From Candidatus Bipolaricaulota bacterium (GTDB lineage: Bacteria > Bipolaricaulota > Bipolaricaulia > RBG-16-55-9 > DRXL01): a DNA stretch of 44,257 nt. The notes under the pieces were generated by a model, which worked only from the letters and a program-made list of their open reading frames with translations, searched no databases and had not been told where the DNA came from. Below are positions 35,096 through 43,011 of the stretch, in pieces (the stretch's first letter is position 1; each line of letters begins with the position of its first letter). The stretch covers positions 1-44,257 of the forward strand of contig JAOAIA010000001.1 in NCBI GenBank assembly GCA_026414955.1, written 5' to 3'. Both the position numbers and the translations under genes were made by a program.

Positions 35096-36801
35096 TCTTT
35101 CTGAACGCCTGGGCGTTTGGGCTGTTGGGCTTAGCTGGCGTGATCGCGACGCTCTATTTCCTACGGCCGCGCGAGGAGCGCCTGACGGTCTCGGCCCTGT
35201 GGCTCTGGCCCCAAGAGCCGGAGCACCCGCGCAGCGCCCTCATGTTCTTATGGACAAAAATTTGGCTCTTATTGGTGCAATTAGCCGCGCTGGCAGCGCT
35301 CGTCTTTGCGGTAGCCGCGCCCACCCTGCCCTCGGCAGTGCTCGGCGGCGGCACCCTTGCTCTGATCATAGACGGCAGCGCGAGTATGCAGACCCGCGAG
35401 CGTGAGCAGACGCGCTACGAGCGCGCGGTTGAGATCGCTCAGGAGATCATCGCGCAACGACGTCCACGCCATCTCACGATCATTCAAGCGCAGCAGAGTC
35501 CTCGCTTGCTCGTCCCCTGGACGGAGGATCGAGATCGGGCTGTCGCTCTCTTGCGAGCCTCCCACCCGACACTCCAGAGCAACGCTCCCGAATCGAGCGT
35601 GCTTCAGCTTGTGCGCAGCCAGGGGGAGCTGGAAAGCTACGACGAGGTCATCTATATCAGCGATCGTCGTCCCGAGGGTGACGTGCTCACGAGCACGGTG
35701 ACGTGGGTGCCCGTGGGCGAGCCAAGAAGCAATTTCGCGATCACAGCGTTTGCCGCACGGTTGCTCCCAGAGAGCGCTCAGGGTGTCGCCCTGTGGGCGC
35801 GCGTCGAGAATTTCTCCTCAGAAGCAGTCGAGGGCACGTTCACGGTCTTTGCAGAAGACATGGAAGTCGCGCGCGACCATCTCCAGCTCGCACCCGGCGA
35901 GTATCGCTCAGTTGAGACGATAGTAGCGCGGAGCATCGGCGGGCGCTTCCGCGCCGTTCTCGATATCGAAGACGATTTCCCCTTCGACAACGCTCGCTAT
36001 GCCGTCATGCCGACGAGGCCGAAGCTGAGGGTCTTATGGCTGGGGGAGCGCAACTTCTTTCTAGAGCGAGCGCTCGCTCTCTTCGCCGATGCTCAGATCA
36101 CCGTGCTCTCAGATGCAGATATCGCCAATACAGAAGACTATGATCTAGTCATCGCTCACAATGCGGAGCTGCCTATCCTGCCCACTGGGCGGCTTTTCTT
36201 CATCAATAGCTCTGTCTCAGCAGTCGTCCGGCTCTCCGAGAGTTCTGGTGCGACAGGAGCACCCCAGTTCCTCCAGCCGGGGCACGCTCTTGTGCAGAAC
36301 CTGCGCCTGGAGCACTTTCAGGCATCACGGGTTCGGAGTGCTGAGTTCGCCCTTCCCGTGCAGACGTTGCTCGTCTTGGATGGTCACCCGATCTTGGCTG
36401 CGCACAGATCGAGTTCGCTGAGCTTGGTCTGGCTCGGAATAGATTTGAGAGCCTCGCCCTTGGTGCTCACGCCAAGCTTCCCTATTCTCGTGCGGAACGT
36501 CACGCGTTGGCTCTTCGCCGACTTGACTCTTCTTGGAGAACGCTTTGTCTCCGAGGAGTTCCCCAATCTGGGCTTTACGGAGCAGGGCGCGATCAACCTT
36601 GACCCACGGGAATCGCAAGAGATCAGAGTCCTTTCTGGTCCCTCTAGCGTGCCGCCTGCGGCTGGCCAAAGCGAACAGTCCAGACACAGCCTAGGCGCAA
36701 GAGGGCAGTCTCTGTGGCACTATGGAGCGTGGCTTGCCTTGGGCTTGCTCGTGCTCGAGTTGCTCTGGCATGACCGAAGGCTTTTGAGGAGATCTCTATG
36801 A
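35092..36801 (+). CDS. BatA-N (double-TM N-terminal) domain protein with a VWA-like MIDAS and a C-terminal TM
   Basis: The N-terminus is VIFLNAWAFGLLGLAGVIATLYFLRPRE...VSALWLW. LALIIDGSASMQT is a DxSxS motif. The start forms a GTGA overlap with the DUF58 stop. Confidence 0.7.
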   Translation: MIFLNAWAFGLLGLAGVIATLYFLRPREERLTVSALWLWPQEPEHPRSALMFLWTKIWLLLVQLAALAALVFAVAAPTLPSAVLGGGTLALIIDGSASMQTREREQTRYERAVEIAQEIIAQRRPRHLTIIQAQQSPRLLVPWTEDRDRAVALLRASHPTLQSNAPESSVLQLVRSQGELESYDEVIYISDRRPEGDVLTSTVTWVPVGEPRSNFAITAFAARLLPESAQGVALWARVENFSSEAVEGTFTVFAEDMEVARDHLQLAPGEYRSVETIVARSIGGRFRAVLDIEDDFPFDNARYAVMPTRPKLRVLWLGERNFFLERALALFADAQITVLSDADIANTEDYDLVIAHNAELPILPTGRLFFINSSVSAVVRLSESSGATGAPQFLQPGHALVQNLRLEHFQASRVRSAEFALPVQTLLVLDGHPILAAHRSSSLSLVWLGIDLRASPLVLTPSFPILVRNVTRWLFADLTLLGERFVSEEFPNLGFTEQGAINLDPRESQEIRVLSGPSSVPPAAGQSEQSRHSLGARGQSLWHYGAWLALGLLVLELLWHDRRLLRRSL

Positions 36802-39383
36802 GCGTGAGCTTTGATACCCCGTGGATATTGGTCTGTTTAGCGGGGCTGGCCCTGTGGGTCTGGTTTTTGCGTGAGTATCTGCGCCACGCGCCCCTGGCAG
36901 ATCGCTGGGCTGCGCTCTTGCGCATCGGCGCTCTGGCTATGCTCTGTCTTGCTCTAGCGGGGCCAAGGCTCGTTCTGGGATCTTCGGATCGCTATATCTA
37001 TTTTCTCGTAGATCGCTCCGCCAGCGTCGGCGTAGATTCTGCGAAGATACTCGAGATCGTGCAGGCGCTTGCGCCCCCTGCGGAGAAGACTTCCTACGGC
37101 GTGATCAGCTTTGGTGCGGAACCCGCCATCGAAGCGGGCTTCGCTCCGGTGATTCAGCTCTCTGAATTTCAAACGGAACCCGGCAACACAGCGACAGACA
37201 TTGCCAGCGCGGTGCGCTTGGCGTTGGAGACGTTCCCGCGCTCTGGCCGTCGTGAGATCGTCTTGCTCACCGACGGGCAGATGACTGCAGGGGATCTCAC
37301 CGTGTTGGCACGGGCGCGCCGCGACGGCGTCCCCATCCATGTCTGGCCCCTCGGAGAAGGCTCTTCAGAAGCCTGGGTGCACGATCTCCAGATTCCCCCT
37401 GAAGTCACCGCGCAGGTGCCCTTCTCGCTCCGGGTGCAGATCGGCGCGACGACTGAGGGGCAGGGCACGCTCTTGCTCTATCGCAACGAAGAATTGATTC
37501 ACAATATCTCGGTGCGCTACCGCCCCGGCGTCCAAGAGATGCATCTCACGGAGAAGCTCGACGCCCCGGGGGCCTATGCGTACAGAGTCTATCTCAAAGC
37601 CGACGCGGATCGCTTGAAAGAGAACAATGAGCTGTATGGGGCTACGATGGTGCCTGGTGACCCTCAAGTCTTGCTCGTGGAGCGCTCTTCGGGCGGCGAA
37701 AGCCCTGTCGCACGGCTGTTGCGCAGCGCGGGGTTCGCGTTTGTGCAGAAGGCTTTTGAGACGTTTACTGCCAATCCTATAGTGTTGTCGGGGTATAAGA
37801 CCGTGATTCTGAATAATGTCCCCTTGGGGCGGCTCACGGCAGAACAGCGACGCGCCCTCAAACGCTTCGTCGCCGACGGGGGCGGGCTCTTTCTCATTCA
37901 AGGGCGCGAGGCCGTCATGGGCCTCGAAGAGCAGACCCCAGAAGAACTCGCTGATCTCGAAGAACTGCTGCCCATCTCGTATCTCGCTCCCGAACCCTAC
38001 CAGATTCCGGGATTAGCTTTAGTCTTCGTCATGGATCGCTCAGGGAGCATGGGCGATCCTGCGGGCCGGGGGGTTCCCAAAATCGAGATTCTGAAACGCG
38101 CCGCCCTGCGCAGCTTAGAAGTCTTGGATCGAGACGACTGGGTCGGGCTGATCGCTTTCGACACAGACTATACGTGGATCGTGCCCCTGCGGCCTCTCGG
38201 TGACGGCCATGAGTTCAGCACCAATATCCGAAGCCTGAGCGCCAATGGCGGCACCGATCTGTACTTCGCTCTTAAGGCTGCTTTTGAGACCCTGGAGAAG
38301 ACCCCGGCGCGCATCAAGCACATCTTAGTCTTTACTGATGGACACAACAACAACGAGCGCAGACGCGAGTACCAGGAACTCTATGAGCGTTTTGCGAAAA
38401 GCACGGTGCGTGTCTCGACGCTAGGGATTGATCGCACGCCCAACGAGCCGTTCTTGATGGAGCTGGCTGCAGCCGGGCGCGGACGCTATCAGCGGGTGCC
38501 GGAGTTTACAGACTTGCCGGCCTTCTCGTTGCGCGAGGTGCGGCGGATCGTGCGGCTGCGCTGGATCGAGGGCGAGTTAATGGTGCGCAGTAGCTCCCTC
38601 ACCCCCTTCTTCCCCTCTCCTTCCGAGGGGAGAGGGGCGAGGGGTGAGGGTGAGATCCCACCGGTCCAGGGCTATGTGCTCACGCATGAACGCGCTGCAT
38701 CGCAAACCCCCTTGCGCATCGCTCCTGATGGGAACCCGCTTTTAGCGTTTCACACCTACGGCTTAGGTCAGGTCGGCGTGCTCAATACAGATTTAGAGGG
38801 CGAGGGATCGCGTGATTGGCTGAGATGGGAGGGGCTAAGCAGTGTGATCGGCCCGGCCCTCGCCCGCGTCCACCGAGCGATAGCGAAAGAGCACGATATC
38901 GCTGTCCAGACAGTTGTGACTGACGAAGCCCTCGAAGTCATTGCTGACGTGCGCGACGAAGACCGATGGGTGTCGGGACTCGATCTGTACGCGAACGTGG
39001 GGACAGAGCGCGCCGTGCCCTTCCACCAAGTCGCGTCAGGGCGCTATCGCGCACGCTTCGAATCGTTGGCGAGTGGGCTGTACACCGTGCATATTATAGC
39101 GCAGCGCGACGGGCACACGGTTGCTGAAGTCAGTCGCGCATTCGCCGTCCCCTATCCCCACGAGTATCGCTCTATCGGGGTGAACGTCGAGATATTGAGC
39201 CAGATCGCTCGTGAGACGGGGGGGCAGTTCTTAGAGCGTCCGGTCTTGCCGCCGCCGGCGCGGGGGATCGGGCGCGAGGGCGCTCGCGAACTGTGGCCGT
39301 GGGCGCTGCTACTCGCGTTGGGGCTGTTCCTCGCTGATCTTGCTGTGCGCAAGCTCGGGTGGCTGTGGGACCGTCCGATTTGA
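36798..39383 (+). CDS. large membrane protein with two VWA domains and a GATase1-like middle domain
   Basis: The N-terminal TM pair is followed by YFLVDRSASVG (MIDAS 1). VILNNVPLGRL...FVADGGGLFLIQG has a class-I-amidotransferase-like fold pattern. LVFVMDRSGSMGD is MIDAS 2. A C-terminal TM is present. The start forms an ATGA overlap with the upstream stop. Confidence 0.75.
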   Translation: MSVSFDTPWILVCLAGLALWVWFLREYLRHAPLADRWAALLRIGALAMLCLALAGPRLVLGSSDRYIYFLVDRSASVGVDSAKILEIVQALAPPAEKTSYGVISFGAEPAIEAGFAPVIQLSEFQTEPGNTATDIASAVRLALETFPRSGRREIVLLTDGQMTAGDLTVLARARRDGVPIHVWPLGEGSSEAWVHDLQIPPEVTAQVPFSLRVQIGATTEGQGTLLLYRNEELIHNISVRYRPGVQEMHLTEKLDAPGAYAYRVYLKADADRLKENNELYGATMVPGDPQVLLVERSSGGESPVARLLRSAGFAFVQKAFETFTANPIVLSGYKTVILNNVPLGRLTAEQRRALKRFVADGGGLFLIQGREAVMGLEEQTPEELADLEELLPISYLAPEPYQIPGLALVFVMDRSGSMGDPAGRGVPKIEILKRAALRSLEVLDRDDWVGLIAFDTDYTWIVPLRPLGDGHEFSTNIRSLSANGGTDLYFALKAAFETLEKTPARIKHILVFTDGHNNNERRREYQELYERFAKSTVRVSTLGIDRTPNEPFLMELAAAGRGRYQRVPEFTDLPAFSLREVRRIVRLRWIEGELMVRSSSLTPFFPSPSEGRGARGEGEIPPVQGYVLTHERAASQTPLRIAPDGNPLLAFHTYGLGQVGVLNTDLEGEGSRDWLRWEGLSSVIGPALARVHRAIAKEHDIAVQTVVTDEALEVIADVRDEDRWVSGLDLYANVGTERAVPFHQVASGRYRARFESLASGLYTVHIIAQRDGHTVAEVSRAFAVPYPHEYRSIGVNVEILSQIARETGGQFLERPVLPPPARGIGREGARELWPWALLLALGLFLADLAVRKLGWLWDRPI
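38596..38650. repeat. family B nested palindromic element copy (in-frame in the VWA gene)
   Basis: CCCTCACCCC-cttctt-CCCCTCTCC-ttccga-GGGGAGAGGGG-cgag-GGGTGAGGG. It encodes LTPFFPSPSEGRGARGEGE. Confidence 0.8.
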
Positions 39384-39433
39384 TTTTCAGCGCTCTTTTC
39401 TGATATAAGTAAGAAACTTTTGGAGGTGGTCCG

Positions 39434-39859
39434 ATGTTCGAGCGGATCTTTGGCGGGTTCGGTCATTGGGGCACGATTCCGTTGCGGCTGGCTGTGGGGA
39501 TTATCTTTGCTGCGCACGGCTGGCAGAAGTTCGCGGGAGGGCTAGATAGAGTCGCTGGCTTCTTTAGCAATATAGGAATCCCACTGCCGGAGGTCTCGGC
39601 GTTCGTTGTTGCGTTTGTCGAGCTGATTGGCGGGATCGGGCTGATCGTGGGGGTCTTCACGCGATATTGGGCGCTCTTGCTCTCGATTATTATGATCGTC
39701 GCCATCTTCACGGTGAAGCTCCAAGCGGGGTTGCTGGGAACGCAGGGGCGCCCCGGCTACGAGCTGGACTTAGCCCTTTTAGCTGGCTGTCTGGCGCTTC
39801 TGCTGACTGGTCCAGGGCCGGTTTCGCTGGAACGCGCGATCTTCAACAAAGAACTCTAG
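39434..39859 (+). CDS. DoxX-family membrane protein
   Basis: LRLAVGIIFAAHGWQKF...FVELIGGIGLIVGVFTRYWALLL. The product has 4 TM segments. Confidence 0.8.
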   Translation: MFERIFGGFGHWGTIPLRLAVGIIFAAHGWQKFAGGLDRVAGFFSNIGIPLPEVSAFVVAFVELIGGIGLIVGVFTRYWALLLSIIMIVAIFTVKLQAGLLGTQGRPGYELDLALLAGCLALLLTGPGPVSLERAIFNKEL

Positions 39860-39990
39860 TCACCAAATTTTCACCCGCTCTCCATGTACTCGGAACGGAG
39901 ACTCCTGTATGATAGGGGTAATCTTCTAGACATATACAGAACCTCCTTAGCAGGGGATAAGGGGAAGAGGGGGAACGACCACGAGAGCGC

Positions 39991-40022
39991 CGAGCCTCGC
40001 AGAGCGGGGCTCGCTTTCTTTT
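39991..40022 (+). terminator. intrinsic-terminator-like hairpin ending 6 nt before the DinB start codon
   Basis: CGAGCCTCGC-aga-GCGGGGCTCG forms a 10-bp stem with one G.U pair, followed by CTTTCTTTT. Confidence 0.6.
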
Positions 40023-40028
40023 AAGACT

Positions 40029-40541
40029 ATGAATAGCTCGCGCGCATTAGTGACACACTGGCAACAGCAGTTTGAGGCGGCCTATCGGGGGAGTCGCTGG
40101 CATTCCGTAAAAGAAGCGATCAAGGGCTTAAAAGCCGACGAAGCGACATGGCAGCCGCCGCACTACAAAGGGTTCCCCTGGGCACATGGGTCTATTATAG
40201 AGATTCTCTTTCACGTCGCCGGAGATACGCTCTATCAGCTCGACTATGCGTTCGGGCAACGTACGCTGACGTGGGACAAGCTGCAAGAACGCTTTCAACG
40301 CGCCGGAGGCGATCTTGACGCTGCGAAAGGACTTCTTGACGAGAGCTTTTCGGTTGTGCAAGAGTATCTAAAGAATCTGACCGACGCTGATCTGGCCCGC
40401 ACATATATCGCCCCTGACGGCAAGACGTCCAAGACCCTGGGGGAACTCTTCCAGATGCTCTTGGAGCACTGGTTCTATCACGCAGGGCAGATTGTCTATG
40501 TAAGAAATCTTTGGGCAGGTTTATCTTCTCCAAATCCCTGA
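40029..40541 (+). CDS. DinB-superfamily (DinB_2-like) protein
   Basis: W...H at the N-terminus, SIIEILFHVAG and LLEHWFYHAGQIVYVRN give the His-triad pattern of the DinB four-helix bundle. Confidence 0.7.
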   Translation: MNSSRALVTHWQQQFEAAYRGSRWHSVKEAIKGLKADEATWQPPHYKGFPWAHGSIIEILFHVAGDTLYQLDYAFGQRTLTWDKLQERFQRAGGDLDAAKGLLDESFSVVQEYLKNLTDADLARTYIAPDGKTSKTLGELFQMLLEHWFYHAGQIVYVRNLWAGLSSPNP

Positions 40542-40602
40542 TGCACGTCATGGCGCTTGCAGCAGTGCTCGCTTAAGATAGAGAGCAAGGGGTGAGTGCG
40601 TT

Positions 40603-42495
40603 ATGGGCAAGTACGAACAGACTTTTCGCGAATCTCTCGAAAACCCTAAACAATTCTGGGGCAGGGCTGCTGAATCTATCACCTGGTATAAACGCTGGGA
40701 GACGGTGCTCGATGCGTCCAATCCTCCGTTTTATAGATGGTTTGTGGGCGGTGTGCTCAATACGTGTTATAACGCTCTCGATCGGCATATCGAGCGTGGC
40801 CGAGCTGATCAGCTCGCTTTAATTTACGATAGCCCCGTGACAGATACGATTCAGAAATTCACTTATTCTGAGCTGCGCGCCCGCGTGGCCAAGATCGCGG
40901 GCTTTTTGAAAGACTTGGGCGTCACCAAAGGTGACACCGTCGTTATTTATATGCCGATGATCCCAGAAGCGTTGATGGCCATGCTCGCCTGTGCGCGCAT
41001 CGGCGCGGTGCACTCTGTCGTTTTCGGAGGCTTTGCTCCCAGAGAATTAGCGATTCGCATAGATGACGCCAAGCCCAAGATCGTGCTCTCGGCGTCGTGC
41101 GGGATCGAAGGGAAGAAGATTATCCCGTACAAGCCCTTACTAGACGAAGCAATCGCTCTAGCTACGCATAAGCCGCAGAAGTGCGTGATCTATCAGCGTC
41201 CGCAAGTCCGCGCTGAGTTGATCGAAGGGCGTGATCTCGATTGGGTCTCGTTAGAACAGAAAGCCCAGCCTGCTGAGTGCGTCCCCGTTGCAGCGACGGA
41301 CCCCCTGTATATTCTCTACACATCAGGCACAACTGGAAAACCCAAGGGCGTGGTGCGCGACAACGGCGGCCATGCTGTCGCGCTCTCCTGGACAATGCAA
41401 TATATCTATGGGATCGAACCGGGAGATGTCTACTGGGCTGCTTCGGATGTGGGCTGGGTCGTGGGGCATTCGTATATTGTCTATGGCCCATTACTGGTGG
41501 GCGCCACGACCGTGATGTACGAGGGCAAGCCCGTCGGGACGCCCGATCCCGGTGCTTTCTGGCGCGTCATATCGCAACATAAAGTGAAAGTGCTCTTTAC
41601 GGCTCCCACGGCGTTTCGGGCGATCAAGAGAGAAGACCCCACAGGGGAATATCTCAAAAAATACAAGCTCTCTCACTTCCAGGCGCTCTTTCTTGCCGGG
41701 GAGCGCACCGATCCAGATACGTACTATTGGGCCTCTGAGTTATTGAAGAGACCCGTCATAGATCACTGGTGGCAGACGGAGACGGGCTGGGCCATCGCGG
41801 GGAACTTTTGCGGCTTAGAACTTCTGCCCATCAAGGCTGGCTCAGCGACCAAGCCCATGCCCGGCTATGACGTGCGAATACTCGACCCCAGCACCGGAAA
41901 AGAGCTGCCGCGCGGGGAGAGCGGCGTCATGGTTGTCAAAGAACCGTTGCCGCCCGGAACGTTTATGACCCTCTGGCAGCGCGACGACGATTTTAAGAAG
42001 ACGTACTTCGACCCGTTCCCCGGATACTATTTCACCGGCGACGGCGGATATTTTGACGAAGACGGCTATATATACGTCATGGGCCGTGTGGACGATATTA
42101 TTAACGTTGCGGGCCATCGGCTCTCTACCGGCGAGATGGAGGAGATCGTCGCTCAACACCCCGACGTGGCCGAGTGTGCGGTCATTGGGGTTGCGGACAG
42201 CCTCAAGGGCGAAGTGCCGTTGGGGTTTGTTGTGCTCAAGGCTGGGGTGCAGCGCGCTCACGCAGAGATTATCGCTGAAGTGAAGCAGAAGGTGCGCAAA
42301 GAGATCGGGGCTATTGCGTCGCTGAAAGACGTGCTCATTGTGAACCGTTTGCCCAAGACGCGCAGTGGAAAAATTTTGCGGGGCACGATGCGCAAGATCG
42401 CCGACGGGCAACAGTATACCGTGCCCTCGACGATTGATGACCCAGCGACTCTTCAAGAGATCGAGAGCGCGCTGCGCCCAGCGCATCTAAAATAA
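40603..42495 (+). CDS. prpE: propionate--CoA ligase / acyl-CoA synthetase (PrpE-like)
   Basis: The sequence is collinear with E. coli PrpE as I recall it: NPPFYRWFVGG, MPMIPEALMAMLACARIGAVHSVVFGGFA, YTSGTTGKPKGV, GRVDDIINVAGHRL and LPKTRSGKILR. Confidence 0.8.
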   Translation: MGKYEQTFRESLENPKQFWGRAAESITWYKRWETVLDASNPPFYRWFVGGVLNTCYNALDRHIERGRADQLALIYDSPVTDTIQKFTYSELRARVAKIAGFLKDLGVTKGDTVVIYMPMIPEALMAMLACARIGAVHSVVFGGFAPRELAIRIDDAKPKIVLSASCGIEGKKIIPYKPLLDEAIALATHKPQKCVIYQRPQVRAELIEGRDLDWVSLEQKAQPAECVPVAATDPLYILYTSGTTGKPKGVVRDNGGHAVALSWTMQYIYGIEPGDVYWAASDVGWVVGHSYIVYGPLLVGATTVMYEGKPVGTPDPGAFWRVISQHKVKVLFTAPTAFRAIKREDPTGEYLKKYKLSHFQALFLAGERTDPDTYYWASELLKRPVIDHWWQTETGWAIAGNFCGLELLPIKAGSATKPMPGYDVRILDPSTGKELPRGESGVMVVKEPLPPGTFMTLWQRDDDFKKTYFDPFPGYYFTGDGGYFDEDGYIYVMGRVDDIINVAGHRLSTGEMEEIVAQHPDVAECAVIGVADSLKGEVPLGFVVLKAGVQRAHAEIIAEVKQKVRKEIGAIASLKDVLIVNRLPKTRSGKILRGTMRKIADGQQYTVPSTIDDPATLQEIESALRPAHLK

Positions 42496-42528
42496 AAAGT
42501 TACAAGCCCAACTGCTGAACTTGTAACT
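42487..42528 (-). terminator. intrinsic terminator of the tRNA-Asn gene
   Basis: The minus strand reads AGTTACAAG-13 nt-CTTGTAACT followed by TTTTTATTTT. The T-run overlaps the prpE stop codon. Confidence 0.75.
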
Positions 42529-42548
42529 GGCAACTGTGAACTCGCTCG

Positions 42549-42875
42549 TGGCTCCTCGGGCAGGATTCGAACCTGCGACCCACCGGTTACGAGTGCCCTA
42601 ACATTTCTGCTAGGCTCGGACTATCTCTTCACCCGCTCATGGGAGAGCTAAGGGTGTCGGGCGCTTCTGAGGCCTTATTGGTATGGGCTACTCAGCCTCT
42701 AGTCTCTGCACGTTCCTGCCTACACTATGGCCCTTCGGCAGGCTTCGCTCAGGGTTACCATTCCAGCTCTTTCGGCTGGGGCGGGCTTCCCTGAATTCAC
42801 CCGATTTTTCAACCACGGTTTCCCGTGGAAGCTGCATTACTACAGCCGGTTGCTCTACCGCTGAGCTACCGAGGA
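42549..42875 (-). tRNA. tRNA-Asn (GUU) interrupted in the anticodon loop by a group I intron (exons 42875..42842 and 42589..42549)
   Basis: The joined exons read TCCTCGGTAGCTCAGCGGTAGAGCAACCGGCTGT+TAACCGGTGGGTCGCAGGTTCGAATCCTGCCCGAGGAGCCA. This gives a perfect cloverleaf with loop CTGTTAA. The acceptor and G73 are as in E. coli tRNA-Asn. Confidence 0.85.
42590..42841 (-). ncRNA. group I self-splicing intron (IC3-like core, no ORF)
   Basis: P1 pairs exon GCUGU with guide GCAGC, placing U.G at the splice site. P2 is CCACGG-GAAA-CCGUGG, P3 is UCGGGUG/CGCCCGA, P4 is CAGGG/CCCUG, P5 is CCAGC/GCUGG, P6 is CCUGCC/GGCAGG and P7 is GACUA/UAGUC. The intron ends in G. The core string AGAGACUAGA is as in the Azoarcus intron. 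Confidence 0.8.
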
Positions 42876-42885
42876 ATTTCAGCTT

Positions 42886-42915
42886 ATTATAGCATATAGG
42901 GCTGAGACGAGTCAA
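42886..42915 (-). promoter_or_regulatory. sigma70-type promoter of tRNA-Asn
   Basis: The minus strand reads TTGACT (42915-42910), an 18-nt spacer, then TATAAT (42891-42886), 10 nt before the tRNA 5' end. Confidence 0.7.
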
Positions 42916-43011
42916 GCTCTCCCTCATTCACGGGGTACTCTCTATGAAACTTATGCCCTCTCCCTGTAGTAGATTACTCGCTCACATCCCAGTCATACGA
43001 AAGGAGTGGCC

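Noticed and set aside
42683-42927. Track ORFs of 69 aa (plus strand) and 79 aa (minus strand) inside and over the intron, considered as a possible homing endonuclease.
   Set aside because: They overlap the paired core of the intron and the tRNA exon. They contain no LAGLIDADG, GIY-YIG or HNH motifs. The intron is only 252 nt, which is too small to host an endonuclease ORF.
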